NCBI GenBank assembly: GCA_965198005.1
Contig: CBDAOI010000003.1
Location: 1,120,001 to 1,184,000 of the forward strand
Length of the DNA stretch: 64,000 bases
Direction: 5' to 3'
Source of the DNA: Spirochaetia bacterium
GTDB taxonomy: Bacteria > Spirochaetota > Spirochaetia > SZUA-6 > Bin103
Notes under the pieces: generated by a model
What the model saw: the letters and a program-made list of their open reading frames with translations, nothing else
What the model was told of the DNA's origin: nothing
Databases searched by the model: none
Translations under genes and position numbers: made by a program
Shown here: positions 8,697-17,930 of the stretch, piece by piece
How positions within the stretch are numbered: position 1 is the stretch's first letter
Layout of the letters: every line of letters starts with the position of its first letter

Positions 8697-9614
8697 TCAG
8701 CAGGGGAGTGTTAGGTCTTCATCGTCTTCCTCGTTCGCCTCGTACCTGAATGACTTGAGTTCCACGCCCCATACGAAGCCGGCATCGGCGTGGTTGTAGC
8801 CGGCCTCGACCGCCAGCGAGACGCGCAGCCAGTCGATTCCCAGAGCGCCGCCGACGGTGAAGTCGCCCGCCGGGGCGGCTCCCCGCGTCTCGTCCCAGAA
8901 CAGGCCGCCGTCCGCAAACGTGCCCACGTAGATCCCGTCCAGGATCGGCACGCCGCCGGTTTGCAGAAAGTGGAGCCGGGCCTCCAGGTCGAGCACCAGC
9001 GCGGTCGTGCCGCCGGTATCGCTGCGTATCCCTTCCAGCAGCCCCAACAGGCGCCCGACGCTGAAGTCGCCGAACCGGTAACCGATCAGGTCGCGTGCCA
9101 GCTCCGGAGTCCGGCGGGTCAGGCCGCCGTGCAGCAGGCGCGGCTCGACGATGAAGGTGCGGTCGAGGAACCGCATCGGAGCGGCCAGTCCGACGCCGTA
9201 CGCGGCGGCCGCCCGGCGCAGGAGCTGGAGGGTGCTGAGGTCCGCTACCAGCGAGACGCGGCTGCGGTAGTCGGCCAGCAGCAGTAGCCCGCCCCGGTGG
9301 TCGCTCGCGTCCAGGTAGGGCAGGCGTCCCGGCGAGTGCTGCCGGTAGAGGCCGACCGCCTGCAGCGCGTCGTTGCCGTAGCCGGCGCCGAGATTGAAGC
9401 CGAGCGGGTCGAATCCCAGCACCGATCCGTAGCCCAGCACCCGGTGCGGCCCGAAGCCGACCCCCAGCCCCAGCAGGTATTCGCCACCCCATCGGGAGGC
9501 CTCCCCGACCAGCTCGGGCGCCGGGCCGGGCCGGTCGGACTGCGCGAACGCGGCGACCGCCGCCAGCAGGAGCACACAGCAAGGTGTCAACCCCCGGGCG
9601 CTGGAAGCGATCAA
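8697..9614 (-). CDS. Putative outer-membrane beta-barrel protein (Omp85/BamA-C-terminal-like); start uncertain
   Basis: Signal-like LLLAAVAAFAQ, alternating aromatic/Gly strands, GIYVGTFADGG...VGGALGID...EAGY. Confidence 0.55.
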   Translation of the reverse strand: MIASSARGLTPCCVLLLAAVAAFAQSDRPGPAPELVGEASRWGGEYLLGLGVGFGPHRVLGYGSVLGFDPLGFNLGAGYGNDALQAVGLYRQHSPGRLPYLDASDHRGGLLLLADYRSRVSLVADLSTLQLLRRAAAAYGVGLAAPMRFLDRTFIVEPRLLHGGLTRRTPELARDLIGYRFGDFSVGRLLGLLEGIRSDTGGTTALVLDLEARLHFLQTGGVPILDGIYVGTFADGGLFWDETRGAAPAGDFTVGGALGIDWLRVSLAVEAGYNHADAGFVWGVELKSFRYEANEEDDEDLTLPC

Positions 9615-9639
9615 CCAGGAAGGTCAGAATCGCCCGTTC

Positions 9640-10335
9640 CTACGCTACGGAACGCCTGCCACGAAGATCCTGCTCGAAGTGGATCGCGTCTCGGACCCGT
9701 TCGAGGGGCATATCGTAATCTCCAGCGAGCAGAACCATAGCATCCCCCCCCCGGTGGCGTTGATACAACATTTCCGTCGGTATACCCGTCCCGGCGAGAC
9801 ATGGCCTGCCGAACTGAACCGAAGGATTGATCTCGATTGTCCGTGGCTCCGCCGACTCTACTTCGGCTGTGGGGAACGGGAAGAGCTTACAGGCGTCCCC
9901 GCCGGGGTGTCTTTCGATTCTTTGCAGGGCAGCCCTGAGCACCTTGTCGAGAAGGATCTGCTTGTCGTGGTCGCTGACGTTGGTCAACAACCCGGACACG
10001 TGCGCAAACAGCTCGTACCCATCGGTAAGAATGTCTTGCTCCGCCAAGGGATGCTCTGAGTTCCACACGTCGGACAGGATTGCTATGGCTGTTCTGACGC
10101 GGTATAGTGTCACCCGGTGCCGCTTCCGTATCGAATTGAGGACGTGCAACTCAACCAGATTGCGAAACGACAACATCCGGTGCCGGGAGTCGTCCAACTG
10201 AAGCACAGGCTGGAACGTTCCCCATCCGGTCTTCGTGCCAACAAACCAAGCTCGAACGGTGGCTACCGGGGCCCTGACGTAGCGTGAGGCATCGGCGAAC
10301 GTGTATGCGCCGAGCGTCGATACGTCATAGCCCAC
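9640..10335 (-). CDS. DUF433-domain antitoxin (VapB45-like, N-terminal HTH)
   Basis: YTFADASRYV..P..TVRAW, LSFRNLVEL, HPLA, IEINPSVQFGRPCLAGTGIPT...DAIHFE; start approximate. Confidence 0.85.
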   Translation of the reverse strand: MGYDVSTLGAYTFADASRYVRAPVATVRAWFVGTKTGWGTFQPVLQLDDSRHRMLSFRNLVELHVLNSIRKRHRVTLYRVRTAIAILSDVWNSEHPLAEQDILTDGYELFAHVSGLLTNVSDHDKQILLDKVLRAALQRIERHPGGDACKLFPFPTAEVESAEPRTIEINPSVQFGRPCLAGTGIPTEMLYQRHRGGDAMVLLAGDYDMPLERVRDAIHFEQDLRGRRSVA

Positions 10336-10651
10336 AGGCGGAGCCCTTGGCCAAGGGGTGGGGGAACGCCGCGCCGCTGGTCGGGCATGGCGATCCTCCC
10401 GCTGGCACCTGTTCCGTGGCAGTGATGCTTCCACCCATCTTGCAGAACCGTACTGCTGGCAGCCCGGTGCGTCAATTACGTGGAGCGTCGTGATCGATGT
10501 CCGCGTCGACATCCGCGCTGTCCGCGCTGGACCCTGGGCTCGACGTGTGCGAAGGAGTGGCGCGCCCTGGCTCGCCGTGTGGCCGTTGTGGCCGCCCGCC
10601 CGCTTGACACCCCGGCTGCACGCCGGTCAGATGGAAAGGCGAGGCTTGGTC

Positions 10652-11215
10652 ATGAGCACCCTGGTCGAACAACGCCGGCTTGTCGTCGATGAGTACCACG
10701 CGATGGCCGAGACCGGCATTCTGAGGGCGGACGAGCGCGTCGAACTGCTGGAGGGGGTGATCGTTCCCATGTCCCCGATCGGTGAGCGACACGCGGGGTG
10801 CGTCATGGCGCTGGCCCAGTTTCTGTATGAAGGCGCGCGGCGCCGGGCCAACGTCAGTGTGCAGGGGCCGCTCCGCATCGATGAGCGCACCGAGTTGCAG
10901 CCCGATCTGATGCTGCTCAGGTGGCGCGACGACTTCTACCGCTCGCGCCACCCTGTTCCCGCAGACGTGCTGCTGCTGATCGAGGTGTCCGACACCACCC
11001 TCTCCTTCGACCGTACGGAGAAGTCCCCCCTCTACGCCCGTGCCGGGATCTCCGAGGTATGGCTGGTGAATCTCCCGGAGCAATGCATCGAGGTGCACAC
11101 CGAGCCACGCGGCTCGCGCTACGGCACGGTACGAGTGGCGCGCAGCGGTATCGACCTCGTGCCGTCCGCGTTGGCAGACATCTCGCTGCCCGTAACTCAG
11201 GTGCTGGCCGGCTAG
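10652..11215 (+). CDS. Uma2-family PD-(D/E)XK endonuclease
   Basis: DEYHAMAETGIL..DERVELLEGVI..MSPIG..H, QPDLMLL, LLIEVSDTT...K..LYARAGISEVWLVNL. Confidence 0.92.
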   Translation: MSTLVEQRRLVVDEYHAMAETGILRADERVELLEGVIVPMSPIGERHAGCVMALAQFLYEGARRRANVSVQGPLRIDERTELQPDLMLLRWRDDFYRSRHPVPADVLLLIEVSDTTLSFDRTEKSPLYARAGISEVWLVNLPEQCIEVHTEPRGSRYGTVRVARSGIDLVPSALADISLPVTQVLAG

Positions 11216-11511
11216 CCCAGTACCCGATAGGCGCGGTCCCGAGAAGCGCGATGACACCTGTCTGGCCGGGCGGCGGTCGTTCGAGGTGGCCGGCGGCGAC
11301 GACCAACCGCTACTGGGCCTCCGTACCTACGTGTTCTCGCGCACGTAAACATTCGGTTCACTGGTATCCCCGAGGGTAGTGAGCGCGCTGAACGGTAACC
11401 ACTAACACTCAAGTTTCGAAGTTTCGACTGGACACTCCCGAATTCGGGTGTTAGATTCTTGTAGGCGAGAGCTGGATGAGGGGAACTGCTCGGCACACTG
11501 ATGGGGAACGG

Positions 11512-12058
11512 TGAGGTGGTCCCGGTTGGTTGGACAGCCCGGGGGGTAGGTTAAGGTGTATTCCGTTGGTTGTCAACCCACCCCTCCCTGTCAAAAACAG
11601 GTGGCGGTAACAGGGGGTGGGGGTCCGGGGGAGGGGGAGCTCGATCCTGTGCATATTGTGGATAACTCCTCGCACCGGATCGCACACCCGCTCGCCTTCT
11701 GACCTCGGAACCCGCAATTGCCACCTGCTCCCCATGTCCGTTTACGCCACCTCCCGTCCGGGCGCCGCGACGCCGCGGTAGGCCTCGGACGGCGTCCGGC
11801 CACCGAGTGCCGAGTGCGGTCGCACGTCGTTGTAGAACTCGATCCACTCGTCGATCACCCGCTGCGCCACGAAGCCGTCCGCCAACTCGTGCAGGTACAC
11901 CGCTTCGTACTTCAGGGACCGCCACAGCCGCTCGATGAACACATTGTCCAGGCAACGCCCGCGCCCATCCATCGAGCACCGTATCCCCGCCGCCACCAGC
12001 AGCTCCGTGAACGCGATGCTGGTGAACTGGCTCCCCTGATCGGTGTTGAAGATCCGCA
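11512..12058 (-). mobile_element. IS3-family insertion sequence, 3' remnant (integrase core plus right terminal repeat)
   Basis: IFNTDQGSQFTS...SMDGRGRCLDNVFIERLWRSLKYE...YNDVRPHSALGGRTP; terminus ctgtccaaccaaccgggaccacctca ends in CA at 11512; OrfA and 5' end missing. Confidence 0.88.
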
Positions 12059-12233
12059 TCATGGACGATAAGATTGTAGCGCTTAGAGGGATCGATATCG
12101 TCGCAGAATTCGATTCGCTTCCTTCGGAGACAGCTAATGCCATCATTGAGTCCCATTGCGAGGCCTACGGAAAGGTCCAAGCTGTATACGAAATGGCTGA
12201 TACGGCAGAGATTACGATAGAATAATAGCTTCG

Positions 12234-12578
12234 ATGGAGAGCACGATGTCCTCAGCACACGATACGAACGATCTTTATCGGATTCCTCAGTGGAATGATG
12301 GAAGAACTTATACCCCATCTCTTGGTTGTCATGGATGCCCAGATCGTGACGTCTGTGGCGGTTTAAGCGGGTTTAAGCGTCCGTCGGTCGTTGTAAACCT
12401 CACGCGTCTTGCCGCAGAAGTGCCGCGTCGGTTACATCTCATAACGCGGGCGGCGCCGCGGAGCGTGCTGCGGACCTTCGCCACCGCGTTTGCAGAAGTG
12501 ACGGCGCTTGATGCAAATGCATTTATGAAGACGATTCTGCGGCAGTGCGCTGTACGAGCATCATGCGGAGAGAAGTGA
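12234..12578 (+). pseudogene. Lower-GC gene relic with CxxC-x4-CGGL motif, probably internally deleted
   Basis: LGCHGCPDRDVCGGL followed at once by a 10-bp tandem duplication and unrelated-looking sequence. Confidence 0.4.
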
Positions 12579-12750
12579 TGGCGAGAGGAGCGGAAGAACG
12601 CTGACCCGGCGCCAGCGCGGCTGCAAGGCGGCGTTCGAGGTCGCGCGCAAGATCGCCGCCCGCTGGCAGTGAGGTCAGCGCCCAGGCGAACAAAGTAAGC
12701 CCGCAGACCCGTTTGGCTTCACTCGTCGTTACTGGATGCGTTTCGGGCAC

Positions 12751-13089
12751 CTATCCCTGACCTGCGGCGAGCTCCAATACCTCTTCGGCCCACTGATTCA
12801 GGCTCTTGCCCGATATTTCTGCCGCCATGGCAGCCTTGCGGTGCGTTTCCGGGCTGACACGGAACATCACCCGGCCGGAGTAGGCCTTCTGGGGCTCCTT
12901 GCCGACCTTGGCGCAGGTCTCGAGGTAATCCTCGACTGCCTCGTGGAAGGCGAGTCTCAGGCCGTCCACCGATTCGGCGTGAAAGCCCACGCCATCCCGA
13001 ATCCCCGCGATCCGTCCCGTGAAGATTCGGTCGTCGTCGTCATATTCGATCCGGGCCGCGTAGCCCTTGTAGATCATGGTGTTTCTCAT
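12751..13089 (-). CDS. hicB: HicB-family antitoxin
   Basis: MIYKGYAARIEYD...VGFHAESVDGLRLAFHEAVEDYLETC...PQKAYSGRVMFRVSPETH...GKSLNQW. Confidence 0.93.
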   Translation of the reverse strand: MRNTMIYKGYAARIEYDDDDRIFTGRIAGIRDGVGFHAESVDGLRLAFHEAVEDYLETCAKVGKEPQKAYSGRVMFRVSPETHRKAAMAAEISGKSLNQWAEEVLELAAGQG

Positions 13090-13340
13090 GGGGTTACTCC
13101 GATCCGTTGCAGGAACGCACGGGCCGCGCGGACCTGGTAGCGTTTGGCCTCTTTTGTAGGATGCGGTCGGTGGAACGTCTCGATCTCGCCATCCTTCTCG
13201 AACCGCACCCGTGATCCTCGGCCCTCGATCAGCCGCGCACCGGCAGCGACAAGAAGGCTCTCGATCGCCGCCCACTCGATGGTGCCCGACAGCGGGTCCG
13301 TGAAGATGGCGGCAAGGGTCTTTCGTTGCTTGCTGTTCAA
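13086..13340 (-). CDS. hicA: HicA-family toxin
   Basis: KQRKTLAAIFTDP...IEWAAIESLL...EGRGSRVRF...FHRPHP.KEAKRYQV; ATGA overlap with hicB. Confidence 0.92.
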   Translation of the reverse strand: MNSKQRKTLAAIFTDPLSGTIEWAAIESLLVAAGARLIEGRGSRVRFEKDGEIETFHRPHPTKEAKRYQVRAARAFLQRIGVTP

Positions 13341-13355
13341 CAGGCATAGGTTACA

Positions 13356-13384
13356 CACAAGCTTGCACAATATGCAAGCTTGTG
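13356..13384. promoter_or_regulatory. hicAB operator: perfect 12-bp inverted repeat CACAAGCTTGCA-N5-TGCAAGCTTGTG
   Basis: Seen 15 bp upstream of the hicA start. Confidence 0.7.
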
Positions 13385-13557
13385 AATCGTCCGTGACTGC
13401 TACGGGACGAGCCGGGCCTGAGCCTCCGTGGCCGCAAGCAGCACCTCCACGGTCACGCGAGCGCCAATTCCGTAAGCGCCTCGCGCCAGTGCACGCACAG
13501 GACGCGTCCGATCTGCATGCGCGCCGGGTCGCGACTGATGCACAGGGCCACCGGGGA

Positions 13558-13716
13558 GGCGTGGAGGTCGGGGACGACGTGGTGCCGGCGCTCTCCCACC
13601 ACCCGTTCCCCGGCAACGTGCGGGAATTGCGGTCCCTGATCTTCGACGCCGTGTACCGCATGCGGGGCAGCCTGCTCACCGCCGGTGACCTGCAGTCGCT
13701 GCCCGGGGCTGCGTGA
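13558..13716 (+). pseudogene. Fragment of a sigma54 activator (AAA+ lid)
   Basis: ALSHHPFPGNVRELRSLI motif without the rest of the ATPase. Confidence 0.65.
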
Positions 13717-13849
13717 GGATCCCGCCGCAGGTAGCGGTCGCCGCCCATCGGTGTGAGCACGGGTTCGTCCCGGCGTCGCCGAACATGTTATGTTGAAACT
13801 GTAGACGGCTCAGCGTACCGTGACCGAAGCTGACCAAGGGATTTGGAAT

Positions 13850-14770
13850 ATGATGGATGAACCGGATGAACCGGTAATTCAGACCGACGGTCTGACCAAG
13901 CGTTTCGGAGCGATCACGGCGGTGGATGACCTCTCGATGGAGGTCCGGCGTGGCCATATCTACGGATTGCTGGGACCGAACGGGTCCGGTAAGACTACGA
14001 CGATGGGGATGCTGCTCGGCGTGCTGAGGCCGACGTCGGGCAGCTTTCGGCTGTTTGGCTCGACCGCGCGACACCGGGAGGCGCTGCGCCGCGTCGGGGC
14101 CGTCATCGAGAGCCCGGCCTTCTATCCGAACATGTCGGGGCGGGAGAATCTCGAGTACTTCCGTCTCATCTCGGGACGCGGTTCGTCGGCCGACGTCGAC
14201 GACGTGCTCCAAAAGGTGGGACTGGCGGGCCGGGGCGACGACCGCTTTCACACCTACTCGCAAGGGATGAAGCAGCGGCTGGGGATAGGCTACGCCCTGC
14301 TGGGTGACCCGGAACTGGTGTGCCTGGACGAGCCCACCAACGGCCTGGACCCCGAGGGCATGATCCAGGTGCGCGAGTTGATAAGGAGCCTCGGCGACGG
14401 CAGCAGGACGGTGCTGCTGTCGAGCCACCTGCTGCACGAGATCGAACAGGTCTGCGACCGCGTCACCATCATCTCGAAGGGAAAGCTGGTAGTCCAGGGC
14501 GAGGTCGCCGAACTGGTCCGTGCGGACAGGGACGAACTGGTCCGCGTGAAGACCACCGACGACGGGAAGGCGCGCGCGATACTGTCGGCGCTGGACTGGG
14601 TCGGGGAGGTGGGAACGACGGAGGATGGCGCACTTTCCGTGGCGGCGCCTATCGAGAGGTCGGGCGAGTTGACGGCGGCCATGAGCCGCTCCGAGGTCTA
14701 CGTCACCGAGATGGCGCCCGTCGGGAGGTCCCTCGAACAGTATTTCCTGGAAGTAACCGGCAGCGACTGA
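13850..14770 (+). CDS. ABC-2 type exporter ATP-binding protein (BcrA-like)
   Basis: GPNGSGKTT, YSQGMKQRL, LDEPTNGLDP, SSH. Confidence 0.95.
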   Translation: MMDEPDEPVIQTDGLTKRFGAITAVDDLSMEVRRGHIYGLLGPNGSGKTTTMGMLLGVLRPTSGSFRLFGSTARHREALRRVGAVIESPAFYPNMSGRENLEYFRLISGRGSSADVDDVLQKVGLAGRGDDRFHTYSQGMKQRLGIGYALLGDPELVCLDEPTNGLDPEGMIQVRELIRSLGDGSRTVLLSSHLLHEIEQVCDRVTIISKGKLVVQGEVAELVRADRDELVRVKTTDDGKARAILSALDWVGEVGTTEDGALSVAAPIERSGELTAAMSRSEVYVTEMAPVGRSLEQYFLEVTGSD

Positions 14771-14783
14771 TGGAGAGGACACC

Positions 14784-15683
14784 ATGATAACCCACGTTCT
14801 GAGACTGACGAGAGGAGAGTGGTACAAGCTGCGCCGACGGCGGATACCCTGGATGCTGCTGGGCATCATCGCCGCCATTACGCAGGGCGTCTTCTGGTTG
14901 GGCTATGTCAGCTACCACCTTGGCGCCGATTCCGTAGCGGCAGCGGGGACCGCCGCGGCTCCTGAGAGCGGCGAAGGAGTCTCGGTAAGCGTCGGTCTGG
15001 TCGCAGACGGCGCAGGCGCGGACGGGTTCATCCTGCCGTTCAGCATCAATCGCAGGACCGAGCAACTCCCCATGATCTTCGTCATCCCCATCATGATCCT
15101 TACGGCTACGGTCATCGGGGTGGAGTACGGTCTGGGCACGCTGAGGGCGACGTTGACCCGAGGGGCCGGACGCTGGCAGCTGCTCAGCGCGAAGTTCGTC
15201 ATGCTCATGGTTGCGGGTAGCGCCGGGATCATCGTCATAGCCGCGCTCGTCGGCATTGCCAGCATCGTCGCGGCAATCTTACCGCCCTCCGGGGAGGGGC
15301 CGCTCGTGGCTGGCAACGCGGCGGCATGGAAGGCCGTGGCAACAGCGCTGGGCAAGGCGGTGTACGCCCTGGCGCCGTACGTCGCGTTGGCCGTGTTCCT
15401 GACGGTGGCGACCCGTTCCAACGCACAGGGCTTGGCGCTGTCGATGGGCTACTTCCTCTTCGAGCTGTTGATCGCTCCCGCGCTCGCCGGGATAGCCGTA
15501 TGGTTGGGGAACGTCCTGGACGTAACTCTCTTGGGCTCCAACGTTTCCGAATGGATGAGCGCGGCGTTCCCAACGGACAGCGCCCGGGCGTTCTTCGTCA
15601 TACTGGCATACACGGCGGTCTTGCTTGGCGCAGCGCTCTGGATCTTCCAGCGCAGGGACGTGCCCGGCGCAAAGGGGGAGTGA
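14784..15683 (+). CDS. ABC-2 type exporter permease
   Basis: EWYKLRRR, EYGLGTLRATL...LSAKF, C-terminal FQRRDV; hydrophobic helices. Confidence 0.92.
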   Translation: MITHVLRLTRGEWYKLRRRRIPWMLLGIIAAITQGVFWLGYVSYHLGADSVAAAGTAAAPESGEGVSVSVGLVADGAGADGFILPFSINRRTEQLPMIFVIPIMILTATVIGVEYGLGTLRATLTRGAGRWQLLSAKFVMLMVAGSAGIIVIAALVGIASIVAAILPPSGEGPLVAGNAAAWKAVATALGKAVYALAPYVALAVFLTVATRSNAQGLALSMGYFLFELLIAPALAGIAVWLGNVLDVTLLGSNVSEWMSAAFPTDSARAFFVILAYTAVLLGAALWIFQRRDVPGAKGE

Positions 15684-15879
15684 ACAGGAAGTGACAGGAA
15701 CGGTAGTCGTGCGCTGTGCGGCAACCGCGTCGAACCCACCGCGGCCGGCGGCACGCGGCGCGTTCACGGCACCTTGAACACAACCATCGGAGCGCTCTGC
15801 TTGCCCGGAAGAATGAAGTCAATCACCGGAGATGGTCCCGAAGGAATGCCCGTGTCTTCACGAAATGGAGTGACATAGT

Positions 15880-16150
15880 TGTTGCGCGATTCGCCACCGA
15901 GGTAGAGCGGTGCACCACCCTGGAGCTGCGCGGCGGATGGGAACTGGACCTCACTCATGCTTCCGAGTACAGTGCGGTGCTGCTCGGTGACCGGGAACTG
16001 GTCGATGGCGCCGAGGTGTCGACCGCCGGCGATCGACTCAGCATCCACCTGCAAGGGGACGTCGATGAGGACCGGACCGTGCGGATCCTGATCACTGCGC
16101 CGACAATCGAGGCGCTGAATGGGATCGATGGGATCCGAGCGGTTGACGGG
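15880..16150 (+). pseudogene. Fragment of a GIN/DUF2807-like beta-solenoid protein
   Basis: TTLELRGGWELDL...VSTAGDRLSIHL...VRILITAPTIEAL; no clear start or end. Confidence 0.5.
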
Positions 16151-16441
16151 TTGCGGGATTGTTGGTTCACGGCCCGCGCGATGATTTTCGGGAGGAACTG
16201 TCGATGCAAAGCGTACCCTAGGGACGCAAGCTCCGACTCGCGGCCCCGCTGGCGATCTGGTAGTTGGCGCGGCTGTCCGGTTACCACGGCGTGAAGCGCT
16301 TTAGATGGCTTTAGATGTGCATATTCCCGAATGCAAGCAAACCCACAAGGAAGGTATCAGACATCAGATTTACAATCGGATAACGACGTTCGTCCACTTT
16401 GGCACAGCGGCGGGCATGGCGCCGCGCGGCCTTGCTTGCTA

Positions 16442-16590
16442 GTAGCTGCGTCTTCGCGGCACAGCCCGTAGACGTGGCAGTAGAGAGCGTCGAGGCGGGT
16501 GCGGAGGTGGCCGCGGCTCGGGGTTCCAGATGAACGGCGGGCCGTCGTAGCTGAAGTCCGCGCGAAGGGCGCCATGTCGCGGGCGGTGTA
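16442..16590 (-). pseudogene. Third (most decayed) copy of the RM enzyme C-terminal segment
   Basis: YTARDMAPFAR / YDGPPFIWNPE / HLRTRLDALYCHVYGLCREDAA with frameshifts. Confidence 0.85.
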
Positions 16591-16911
16591 TCGCCCTGAC
16601 TCTTGGCCAACCGGCCCCAGCGTGGCAGCAACTCCCGGCAGTACGGCAAGCGCACCGACACGTGCCCGGTGAGACGGTGAGACGCCGTGCGCTCCAGCGT
16701 GCGCCCCATTGCTGGGTTTATGCGTTTGTGTCGTGGGCGATCAGCGTATCGAGCGTTATCTGTGGATGGGGATGTAGACAGCGATGCCAAGGGACATCTC
16801 CATCGGCGACGTGCCGCCCTACCTCGCTTCGCGACGCCTGTCCGCCCACCGGACTCGTTCCGAAAATACGGAGCGGAGTGGACTTCTTCCGCTGCCTAAT
16901 ACGATGCTGAA

Positions 16912-17049
16912 TGGTAACTTATTCAGCCCGTTGAGAGAATCTTGAGGATAAGTTGTTCAAGGGGATAGACTTGCTTACGCAGGATGTTTGCCGGCCGCCC
17001 GATCCTTCCCCCTTGTCTCACTCCCCCCACCCCGGCTGAATAGTTACCA
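16912..17049. mobile_element. 138-bp MITE-like element with terminal inverted repeats
   Basis: Left tggtaacttattcagcc, right ggctgaatagttacca (reverse complement tggtaac-tattcagcc); GAA flanks both ends; non-coding. Confidence 0.6.
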
Positions 17050-17135
17050 GAACGGATGGATATACGTCAAGTATATCCTGCGGTCCTGCTGTTTGTTTTT
17101 CTGCTCACGGCCCATCTGAAAGCGGACAACGGCGA

Positions 17136-17620
17136 CTAGTGCCACAACCGTCTCCGTGTCGCCAGCGGCGAGGGCGTTCATGTAGCCGAGGCTGAGGTTG
17201 CGTGTGCGGTAGTGGCCGAACTCGGCTTCATCCTGACGGCGGATGATGGGAAGGTGTCTAGAACGTAGGCGGCGTCCTCGCGGGACAGCCCGTAAAGGTG
17301 GAAGTAAAGGGCGTCGAGACGGGCGCGGAGGTGGCGGCGCTGCTCGGCGTTCCAGATGAACGGCTGCCCGTCGTATCCGAGATCGCGGGCGAAGGATGCC
17401 ATGTCGTAGGCGCTGTAGGTGAGGCGCAGGACGTGATCGCGGATCAGATCCCGGGCGTTCCGGTCGCCGAAGCGCCGGTCGTAGTTCCCTGGTGAGATGA
17501 CGGGAAGCTGCTCGACGATGAAAAGATTGAGGGTCTGGCCGTGAACCTTCTGCCGGGCGATGAAGTCGAAAGCGAAAGTGTTTAGATTGGCGACCAACAG
17601 CGGTGCGGAAGTGTTGCCCG
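17136..17620 (-). pseudogene. Second copy of the RM enzyme distal TRD/C-terminal segment (complete tail, one frameshift)
   Basis: ANLNTFAFDFIARQKVHGQTLNLFIVEQLPV...HLRARLDALYFHLYGL..YVLDTFP | IIRRQDEAEFGHYRTR...NALAAGDTE; shift at ~17250. Confidence 0.88.
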
Positions 17621-17930
17621 CCAGGTGAGATTTCCGGGATGTAGACGAACCCGCCAGGTGCCGTAGGATAGGTTCGCCCGGGCGCCCGGGAAGGGCTCTG
17701 GAGATCACGAAAAAGAGATAGGGGCCACCGCCAGTACTTACTCCGGGTACAACGGTGACCCCCACCTAAAAGCTGGATCATCCTAAACTAGACGGCTTCG
17801 ACTTTCAAGCCTACCGCCAATCCCTGATCAGAGAAGGCGGCAAGCGTCCCTGCGTGCTGTGCGGGGAGAGCCATGCGGTGGTGATTCATTGCTACTGCAA
17901 ACGCCTGGTGCGGTGCACCGACGGCAGTAA

